DNA of 64,000 nucleotides from NCBI RefSeq assembly GCF_054482595.1, contig NZ_CM137008.1; one strand, 5' to 3'. Shown piece by piece: positions 55,865 to 64,000 of this stretch (position 1 is its first letter; each line of letters starts with the position of its first letter). The notes under the pieces were generated by a model. It saw only the letters and a program-made list of their open reading frames with translations, ran no database searches and was not told where the DNA came from. The position numbers and the translations under genes were made by a program.

Positions 55865-57625
55865 TCAGTTAGCGATAAAACGCTTCTCGTCTGTCAGTAC
55901 TTGCAATAACAAACTTAACTGTGGTTTTTCATCTTTCACTCTTTCACCACGTAAGTTGTAAGTGCGGTATTTACCGTTATTGTTCAGCACCAGCGTCTTT
56001 TTCGGGGTGGTAATTGCCAGCGTATCGTTATCCGCTGCGGTAACCCAGTAATGACGGCGTTGAGGGTTGAACAAATCCTGACCTTGCGAATATTCGCTGG
56101 CAGGTGTGCTGACATGTAGCAGGCGTTGCATCAGCGTCGTCATCAGATCGGTATGATCAGTCAGCGCATTAATACGCTGCGCCGGCGTGCCTGGCCAGTG
56201 AATCACTAATGGCACCTGCAGATGACCGTGGGACCAGTCAAAGGTTTCTTCCTCTTCGCTCAGTGGAATACCCCGACCGGCAGTGATAATCACCACCGTG
56301 TTGTCCAGTTTGCCAGAATCACGCAGTGCATTGAGCACGCGGTTGATCTGGTCATCGACATTGCCTGCCGCCCGGCTATATTTCCGTGCAAATGCCTGCT
56401 GATTGCTGTCGTCAATGTTAGTGCCATTGAAAGAGACCCACGAGAACCAGCGGTTATCTTCTTGTGCGTAGCGGCCCAGCCAGTTGATCCACTGCGTGGC
56501 GGTCTGCTCGTCGGATTGGGTGCGTACGCTCGGCATCGAGAAATCTGACAACAATGCCTGGCGATACAGCGGGCTGGTAAAGCCATCTGATGAGAATAAC
56601 CCCAGCTGATAGCCTTGCTGATTAAGCGCAGTAATTAATGCCGCAGGCGTACGGGTCGACAGAATGCCGTCCATATAGCTCGGCGAGATGCCATAGAACA
56701 GGCCAAAGATGCCGTTGTCTGTAGTGTTGCCGGAGCTCATATGGCGCGTAAACGAAATATTTTGCTCAGCAAAACCTGCCAGCGCAGGCATCTGCTTCTC
56801 GAAGCGTGAGTAGTTCAGGCCATCGACAGTAATCAACAGCACATTCTGCCCAGTGCCCATATCGCGATAGCGCAGTTCGCTTAACGGATACTGAACGGAA
56901 ACGGCGTCTGGATTACCTTGCTCAATAAGACGGCGTTGATACTCCTGCGCATCAAGCAGGCCATGCTTCTCAAGAAAACGTCGCGCCGTCATCGGGTACG
57001 AAAGCGGCAGGTTAGCGCGCTGCATGGTGATCGGGCGATAGAAGTTGGCATCGGCCCAGATATACACCACATGCGAGGCGATAAAGGCGATAAATAAGAA
57101 TGCGGCCAGCGGGCGCGCGAAGCGCCGACGACGCGTCAGGCTGCGCAGCTTTTGCCAGCTCCACGTCGCAAACACCAGTTCAAGCAATAAAATAACCGGC
57201 ACGCTGATGAACATCAGCTGCCAGTCGCGCGCCATCTCATTTTCGTCTGGGTTGATAACCAGTTGCCAGACGATGGGATTAAGATGGAGATGGAAACGAG
57301 TAAAGACTTCGCTATCGATCAGTAATAGCGTCATTCCCGCCGTTGCCAGAATGACGGACAAAAACCTCATCAGCCTCTGGGAGCCGACGATAAAGGTCAG
57401 CGGGAAGAGGATCAGCAAGTAGGCGGCGAACACCAGGAAGCTGAAATGGCCGATAATGCTTACGTAGGAATAAATGCGACCAGCAAGCGTGGTCGGCCAG
57501 TCGGCGATAAACAGGTAACGGCTGCCAATGACGAGCGAAAGCAGAATATTGAACAGTGCAAACCAGTGCCCCCAACTGACCATCTGGGAGACTTTTTCAC
57601 GGTAGCGCTGACGATGAGTTACCAT
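55865..57625 (-). CDS. yejM: Inner-membrane protein YejM (PbgA/LapC), sulfatase-like periplasmic domain
   Basis: 586 aa; five N-terminal TM helices plus periplasmic domain; recognised as E. coli YejM. Confidence 0.93.
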   Translation of the reverse strand: MVTHRQRYREKVSQMVSWGHWFALFNILLSLVIGSRYLFIADWPTTLAGRIYSYVSIIGHFSFLVFAAYLLILFPLTFIVGSQRLMRFLSVILATAGMTLLLIDSEVFTRFHLHLNPIVWQLVINPDENEMARDWQLMFISVPVILLLELVFATWSWQKLRSLTRRRRFARPLAAFLFIAFIASHVVYIWADANFYRPITMQRANLPLSYPMTARRFLEKHGLLDAQEYQRRLIEQGNPDAVSVQYPLSELRYRDMGTGQNVLLITVDGLNYSRFEKQMPALAGFAEQNISFTRHMSSGNTTDNGIFGLFYGISPSYMDGILSTRTPAALITALNQQGYQLGLFSSDGFTSPLYRQALLSDFSMPSVRTQSDEQTATQWINWLGRYAQEDNRWFSWVSFNGTNIDDSNQQAFARKYSRAAGNVDDQINRVLNALRDSGKLDNTVVIITAGRGIPLSEEEETFDWSHGHLQVPLVIHWPGTPAQRINALTDHTDLMTTLMQRLLHVSTPASEYSQGQDLFNPQRRHYWVTAADNDTLAITTPKKTLVLNNNGKYRTYNLRGERVKDEKPQLSLLLQVLTDEKRFIAN

Positions 57626-57644
57626 AACCTGTTATCTGTTTCCC

Positions 57645-57872
57645 TTAGTGCGCTTTGTCTTCGTTGATAGAGGACTGTAAGGCGCGGGCAAAAGAGTTGG
57701 CAATTGCCTGGCGTTGGGCCGGGGCAATGCTGGTGTTGATAAGGTTAGTGACCATGTTGCCTAACACCATCAGGGAAAGGTCGGTCGGAGCCTTATGTTT
57801 TTCCAGTACGTTGAGCAGCTCTGCGAGCAATTGTTCAACCTGTTCATCACTGTAGCGGGAAATTTGTGGCAT
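57645..57872 (-). CDS. yejL: UPF0352 protein YejL
   Basis: 75-aa ORF recognised as YejL. Confidence 0.9.
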
Positions 57873-58053
57873 AAATCGAAATCAGTTAGTTGATGAAAGG
57901 GCAACATATTACCGTAGCAACGGTTTTTTTTCTGCTTTTTTATGCGTTAAATCATTCTCGTTACGCCGCCTTCTGTAAAATGACCGCCATCTTTTATTGC
58001 GTCGCTTAACCGGCGGTGGTTGAATACCGCCCGGTCTTAAAGGAGAGTTTATC

Positions 58054-59061
58054 ATGAGTCTGGATATCAACCAGATTGCTCTGCACCAGCTTATCAAGCG
58101 TGATGAGCAGAACCTTGAGCTGGTGTTGCGCGATTCATTGCTGGAACCGACAGAAACCGTCGTTGAGATGGTGGCAGAACTGCATCGGGTCTATAGCGCC
58201 AAAAATAAAGCTTACGGCTTGTTTAGCGAAGAGAGTGAACTGGCGCAGACGCTGCGCTTACAGCGTCAGGGTGAAGAGGACTTTCTGGCATTTAGCCGCG
58301 CGGCAACCGGTCGCCTGCGTGACGAATTAGCGAAATATCCTTTTGCTGACGGTGGATTCGTGCTGTTTTGCCACTATCGCTATCTGGCGGTGGAGTATTT
58401 GCTGGTGGCAGTTCTGAGCAACCTGAGCAGTATGCGCGTTAACGAAAATCTCGACATCAACCCAACCCATTATCTTGATATCAATCATGCGGATATTGTT
58501 GCGCGTATCGATTTAACCGAATGGGAAACCAATCCAGAGTCCACCCGCTATCTCACTTTCCTGAAAGGGAGAGTAGGGCGCAAAGTGGCGGATTTCTTTA
58601 TGGATTTCCTCGGGGCCAGCGAAGGTTTAAACGCGAAAGCGCAAAACCGTGGGCTGTTGCAAGCGGTTGATGATTTCACTGCCGAAGCACAACTGGATAA
58701 AGCAGAGCGACAGAACGTGCGCCAGCAGGTTTATAGCTACTGTAATGAGCAGCTGCAGGCAGGCGAAGAGATCGAACTGGAATCGCTGTCGAAAGAGCTG
58801 GCAGGCGTAAGCGAAGTGAGCTTCACGGAGTTTGCGGCTGAAAAAGGCTACGAACTGGAAGAGAGCTTCCCGGCAGACCGTAGCACACTGCGTCAGTTGA
58901 CGAAGTTTGCCGGTAGCGGCGGTGGCTTGACTATTAACTTTGATGCGATGCTGTTAGGTGAACGCATCTTCTGGGATCCAGCAACCGATACCTTGACCAT
59001 TAAAGGCACGCCGCCGAATTTGCGCGACCAATTGCAGCGCCGGACGTCCGGCGGCAATTAA
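58054..59061 (+). CDS. yejK: Nucleoid-associated protein NdpA (YejK)
   Basis: 335-aa ORF recognised as YejK. Confidence 0.93.
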
Positions 59062-59080
59062 TCGGTTTTGTGTTCTGAAT

Positions 59081-59115
59081 GCCAGATGCGGCGTGAACGC
59101 CTTATCTGGCCTGCA
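59081..59115. repeat. REP element
   Basis: GCCAGATGCGGCGTGAACGCCTTATCTGGCCTGCA, REP consensus. Confidence 0.75.
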
Positions 59116-59154
59116 AAAAATAGCAATACCGTAATCAGGCATAATCTGCAGATA

Positions 59155-59185
59155 CAAAAAACCCCGCCGGTGCGGGGTTTTTTAC
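59155..59185. terminator. Bidirectional rho-independent terminator (yejK / rplY)
   Basis: Stem ACCCCGC/GCGGGGT with CGGT loop, A-run upstream and T-run downstream. Confidence 0.75.
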
Positions 59186-59199
59186 AACTTATTCAGCAA

Positions 59200-59592
<393 letters not shown>

Positions 59593-59608
59593 TCAATCAA
59601 AACTACCA

Positions 59609-61369
59609 TTAACCGCGTAATTCGTGCGCCCGACGAAAACGACCTTCGTAATCGAACACTTTTTCACGCACTTGCCAGTACTGACCTTTCATGCGGGCAA
59701 CGACAAAATCCGGGTGTCGCAATAAGGCTTGCTGGGCGAGGATATCGGCGGCGGTGATCCAGCGCAGAGGGATGCCCGGTGTGCGCGTATGCGGGCGGAT
59801 AAAAAGCTGCTCGAAAGCAGTTCGCTGGGCGGGCGTTTGCAGACGGAAACGCTCACTCACATCCGCGCCGTCTTCATCGTAATAGGTGATTTTCAACCAT
59901 TCGCCTTTCTCGTCGTGCCCATGCTGCAAAGACATGCCGCTACAGCGTAATACCAGCGCATCTTTCAGTCGTAGCGCCGCTTTTAACATATCATCCGGAT
60001 CAACCAGTACCGTGTCACATTCGCGGCAGCGGCGAGCGGCAATATCATTTTCTGCGTTACATTGCGGGCAATTTTTAAAACGGAAACGGAAGTCACACTG
60101 TTCGCGATGACCGTCGTCATCTTCAAACCATCCCTGACAGCGGCGACCAAAGTGTTCAATCAATGTCCCGTCGGCGGTCGTTTTCCCCCAAAAGGTGTTG
60201 GCAAAACCGCAGGCAGGGCAGAAAACCTGTACCGGAACGTTGTCACTTTTGCCTTTCGGTGTACCAACTTCCGGCGCGTAGAGATCGTGAGGATTACCCG
60301 CATAATCAAGAATTAAACAATCAGTCTTGCCCGGAGCGAGACGCAGACCGCGCCCGACAATTTGTTGGTAAAGACTCACTGATTCGGTAGGGCGCAGAAT
60401 GGCGATAAGATCGACGTGCGGGGCGTCAAATCCGGTGGTCAGTACCGCGACGTTGACCAGATAGCGAAAACGCTGGGCTTTAAAATCTTCAATTAACACA
60501 TCGCGCTCAGCGCCGGGGGTGTCGCCAGTAATCAGTGCAGCATCTTCGGCGGGTAGTAATCCCACAATCTCTTTTGCGTGTTCAACGGTGGCGGCGAAAA
60601 TCATCACCCCTTTGCGCGTTGCAGCAAACTCCATAATCTGGCTGATGATGTGCGGGGTAATACGTTGTTGTTTTTTTAGCTCGCGGTTGAGATCGGCTTC
60701 GCTGAACAGCCCATTACTCTGTGCCTGCAAGCGGCTGAAATCGTATTGCACTACTGGCATATCCAGTCGTTCTGGCGGCGTCAGATAGCCGTGTTTAATC
60801 ATATAACGCAGCGGCAGTTCATAAATGCAGTCACGGAAAAGGGCTTTCTCATCGCCGCGTACCATGCCGTGATAATGGAACTGGTAGATCCAGCCTTTGC
60901 CCAGTCGAAAAGGCGTGGCAGTCAGCCCCAGCAGGCGTAAGTGGGGATTCACTTTTGTCAGGTGAGTGAGGATTTGCTGATACTGGCTCTCTTCATCGTC
61001 ACCAATACGGTGACATTCATCGACAATCAACAGCGAAAATTCACCCTGAAAGGCATCAAGATTACGGGCGACCGACTGCACACTGCCAAATACCACTTTA
61101 CCGTGGCTCTCTTTGCGCTTTAGCCCGGCGGCAAAAATATCGGCTTCCAGTCCCAGTGCCTGATATTTTGCATGGTTTTGCGCCACCAGTTCTTTAACGT
61201 GTGCCAGCACCAGCACGCGACCACGAGCCAGCCGTGCCAGTTCCGCTATCACCAGGCTTTTACCTGCGCCGGTGGGCAGCACGATAACGGCAGGGGTTTT
61301 ATGACGACGAAAATGGTTGAGCGTGGCATCCACGGCTTCTTGCTGATATGGGCGAAGTGTAAAAATCAT
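59609..61369 (-). CDS. radD: Putative DNA repair helicase RadD (YejH), SF2 ATP-dependent helicase
   Basis: 586 aa; Walker A GAGKS, DECH box, C-terminal zinc-finger cysteines; recognised as YejH/RadD. Confidence 0.92.
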   Translation of the reverse strand: MIFTLRPYQQEAVDATLNHFRRHKTPAVIVLPTGAGKSLVIAELARLARGRVLVLAHVKELVAQNHAKYQALGLEADIFAAGLKRKESHGKVVFGSVQSVARNLDAFQGEFSLLIVDECHRIGDDEESQYQQILTHLTKVNPHLRLLGLTATPFRLGKGWIYQFHYHGMVRGDEKALFRDCIYELPLRYMIKHGYLTPPERLDMPVVQYDFSRLQAQSNGLFSEADLNRELKKQQRITPHIISQIMEFAATRKGVMIFAATVEHAKEIVGLLPAEDAALITGDTPGAERDVLIEDFKAQRFRYLVNVAVLTTGFDAPHVDLIAILRPTESVSLYQQIVGRGLRLAPGKTDCLILDYAGNPHDLYAPEVGTPKGKSDNVPVQVFCPACGFANTFWGKTTADGTLIEHFGRRCQGWFEDDDGHREQCDFRFRFKNCPQCNAENDIAARRCRECDTVLVDPDDMLKAALRLKDALVLRCSGMSLQHGHDEKGEWLKITYYDEDGADVSERFRLQTPAQRTAFEQLFIRPHTRTPGIPLRWITAADILAQQALLRHPDFVVARMKGQYWQVREKVFDYEGRFRRAHELRG

Positions 61370-61518
61370 GGTCTCGCGTAGGTAGATTATTCTGCTAATA
61401 GTATGCCACGGATCTTTTTCCCTTGAGGGATGTTATTAGACCGCTATACTGGGCAGACAACAGTTCAGATTTTCGGGTCATTACCCGACCTCCGTTTTTT
61501 ACAGGCAAAATCACACAC

Positions 61519-62214
61519 ATGCGACTTGATAAATTTATCGCACAGCAACTCGGTGTTAGCCGTGCTATTGCCGGGCGTGAAATCCGCGGCAATCGTGTCA
61601 CCGTTGATGGCGAAATCGTCCGTAATGCAGCGTTCAAACTGCTTCCTGAACATGATGTCGCTTACGATGGCAACCCGCTGGCGCAGCAACACGGTCCACG
61701 TTACTTCATGCTCAATAAGCCTCAGGGCTATGTTTGCTCCACGGACGACCCTGATCACCCAACGGTGCTCTATTTTCTTGATGAACCAGTGGCGTGGAAA
61801 CTGCACGCCGCAGGGCGGCTGGATATCGATACCACCGGTCTGGTGCTGATGACTGATGATGGTCAGTGGTCGCACCGCATTACTTCTCCGCGCCATCATT
61901 GCGAGAAGACCTATCTGGTGACGCTGGAATCACCCGTAGCTGACGATACGGCAGAGCAATTTGCTAAAGGCGTGCAGCTGCATAACGAAAAAGATCTCAC
62001 TAAGCCGGCGGTGCTGGAAGTGATTACCCCAACGCAGGTTCGTCTGACCATCAGCGAAGGGCGTTATCATCAGGTGAAACGCATGTTCGCCGCTGTGGGT
62101 AACCATGTGGTTGAGCTGCATCGTGAACGTATTGGCGGCATTACGCTGGATGCTGATTTAGCCCCCGGTGAATATCGTCCGTTAACTGAAGAAGAAATTG
62201 CCAGCGTCGTCTAA
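61519..62214 (+). CDS. rsuA: 16S rRNA pseudouridine(516) synthase RsuA
   Basis: Start set at [15 protein letters not shown] (231 aa); S4 domain plus pseudouridine synthase core. Confidence 0.92.
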
Positions 62215-62241
62215 CTTTTCAATGACTTTCAGGAGCCCGTT

Positions 62242-63432
62242 GTGACCACCCGACAGCATTCGTCGTTTGCTATTGTTTTTATCCTTGGCCTGCTGGCCAT
62301 GTTGATGCCGCTGTCGATTGATATGTATCTGCCCGCGCTACCGGTAATTTCAGCGCAGTTTGGCGTACCGGCGGGCAGTACGCAGATGACCCTCAGTACT
62401 TATATTCTGGGCTTTGCGTTGGGGCAGTTAATCTACGGGCCGATGGCAGACAGCTTCGGGCGTAAGCCGGTGGTTCTTGGCGGTACGCTGGTGTTTGCCG
62501 CCGCCGCGGTGGCGTGTGCGTTGGCACAAACCATCGATCAGCTGATTGTGATGCGTTTCTTCCACGGGCTGGCGGCGGCTGCGGCCAGCGTGGTTATCAA
62601 CGCTTTGATGCGTGATATCTACCCGAAAGAAGAGTTCTCGCGGATGATGTCGTTTGTCATGCTGGTGACAACCATTGCACCGCTGATGGCACCGATAGTT
62701 GGCGGCTGGGTGCTGGTGTGGCTGAGCTGGCATTACATCTTCTGGATCCTCGCCGTGGCGGCGATTCTGGCTTCGGCAATGATCTTCTTTCTGATCAAAG
62801 AAACCTTACCACCGGAGCGTCGCCAGCCTTTTCACATTCGTACCACTATTGGTAACTTTGCGGCGCTGTTCCGTCATAAGCGTGTCCTGAGTTATATGCT
62901 GGCCAGTGGTTTCAGCTTTGCCGGGATGTTCTCGTTCTTAAGCGCCGGACCGTTTGTCTACATTGAAATTAACCACGTCGCGCCGGAAAACTTTGGTTAT
63001 TACTTTGCACTAAACATTGTTTTCCTGTTCGTGATGACCATTTTTAACAGCCGCTTCGTCCGCCGCATTGGCGCGTTAAATATGTTCCGCTCGGGGTTGT
63101 GGATACAATTTATTATGGCAGCGTGGATGGTCATCAGTGCGCTGCTGGGGCTGGGATTTTGGTCGCTGGTGGTTGGCGTTGCGGCGTTTGTGGGCTGCGT
63201 GTCGATGGTGTCATCCAATGCGATGGCGGTCATTCTTGATGAGTTTCCCCATATGGCGGGAACGGCATCTTCGCTGGCAGGAACCTTCCGTTTTGGCATA
63301 GGGGCAATTGTTGGCGCATTGCTTTCTCTTGCGACCTTTAACTCTGCATGGCCGATGATTTGGTCAATTGCATTCTGCGCAACCAGCTCCATTCTCTTCT
63401 GTCTGTACGCCAGTCGGCCGAAAAAACGGTGA
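62242..63432 (+). CDS. bcr: Bicyclomycin/multidrug efflux MFS transporter Bcr
   Basis: 396-aa 12-TM MFS protein, GTG start; recognised as Bcr. Confidence 0.92.
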   Translation: MTTRQHSSFAIVFILGLLAMLMPLSIDMYLPALPVISAQFGVPAGSTQMTLSTYILGFALGQLIYGPMADSFGRKPVVLGGTLVFAAAAVACALAQTIDQLIVMRFFHGLAAAAASVVINALMRDIYPKEEFSRMMSFVMLVTTIAPLMAPIVGGWVLVWLSWHYIFWILAVAAILASAMIFFLIKETLPPERRQPFHIRTTIGNFAALFRHKRVLSYMLASGFSFAGMFSFLSAGPFVYIEINHVAPENFGYYFALNIVFLFVMTIFNSRFVRRIGALNMFRSGLWIQFIMAAWMVISALLGLGFWSLVVGVAAFVGCVSMVSSNAMAVILDEFPHMAGTASSLAGTFRFGIGAIVGALLSLATFNSAWPMIWSIAFCATSSILFCLYASRPKKR

Positions 63433-63764
63433 TCTATTGCACAACGAGGAAGCTAAAAGGCTTCCTTTGTTGATGCATGTCAACCACAAATCTATCATTC
63501 CCCCGATATATGTTTATTTTATGTAAAATCAATTTATGTAAAAAGTCACATCATTGTAGTTAAAAAGGTTGAGTTAGATCGCAGAAACGGGTACATATAG
63601 CCCCGCAAACGTGACCACGCCCGCAGATATTACTTAAATCAGAGCCATAGAGGCCACGCAGGCGAGGCATCAATCTTTACGATCTGTATAAAGACGGATT
63701 GTTGATGATGTGTTAAAATTGATGTAAACAAATTGTGAAGTAAATGTACTTCCGGGGAAAATAA

Positions 63765-64000
63765 GTGACTTCATTACAACTCTCAATCGTCCATCGACTG
63801 CCGCAGAACTATCGCTGGTCTGCTGGTTTCGCAGGTTCGAAGGTTGAACCGATTCCGCAAAATGGACCGTGCGGTGACAACAGCCTGGTGGCGCTTAAAT
63901 TGCTTAGCCCGGATGGTGATAATGCATGGTCGGTGATGTACAAACTAAGCCAGGCGTTAAGCGACATCGAAGTTCCATGTTCGGTGCTGGAGTGTGAAGG
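63765..64000 (+). CDS. yejG: Uncharacterised protein YejG (5' partial, runs off window)
   Basis: GTG start; [34 protein letters not shown]... recognised as YejG N-terminus; truncated by the window end. Confidence 0.8.
   Translation, partial: MTSLQLSIVHRLPQNYRWSAGFAGSKVEPIPQNGPCGDNSLVALKLLSPDGDNAWSVMYKLSQALSDIEVPCSVLECE

Noticed and set aside
61423-61518. N-terminal extension of the rsuA ORF
   Set aside because: RsuA begins at [10 protein letters not shown]; the upstream in-frame stretch overlaps the promoter region shared with yejH.

Overview
This 64-kb window reads as an Escherichia coli chromosomal segment (napFDAGHBC, ccmABCDEFGH, narP, yejO, then proL, yejM, yejL, yejK, rplY, yejH/radD, rsuA, bcr, start of yejG) interrupted by a roughly 39.5-kb prophage integrated into tRNA-Pro (proL). 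All identifications are from reading the translated ORFs and the DNA from memory of the families; no database search was run. The prophage is bounded by a 57-bp direct repeat (16229..16285 and 55706..55762) derived from the tRNA 3' end. It is mosaic: lambda-like integrase/excisionase and cI/cro immunity region, a replication gene with internal iterons, RusA, KilA-N, a Q-like late regulator, lambda-like S/R/Rz/Rz1 lysis genes and bor, an HNH/terminase/HK97-type head module, and a Mu-like contractile tail ending in an e14/Mu-style invertible tail-fibre segment whose invertase is truncated. Five AT-rich cargo loci sit at typical moron positions and are the main interest: (1) a two-gene cassette between Q and the holin encoding a paralogue of the host nucleoid-associated protein YejK/NdpA coupled to a membrane protein, which I do not recognise as any named system; (2) a two-TM protein gene flanked by three micro-ORFs encoding proline/basic-rich peptides; (3) an orphan 583-aa protein between attL and int; (4) a membrane-anchored protein inserted antisense in the tail module; (5) a GmrSD-like (DUF262/DUF1524) type IV restriction gene at the right end.
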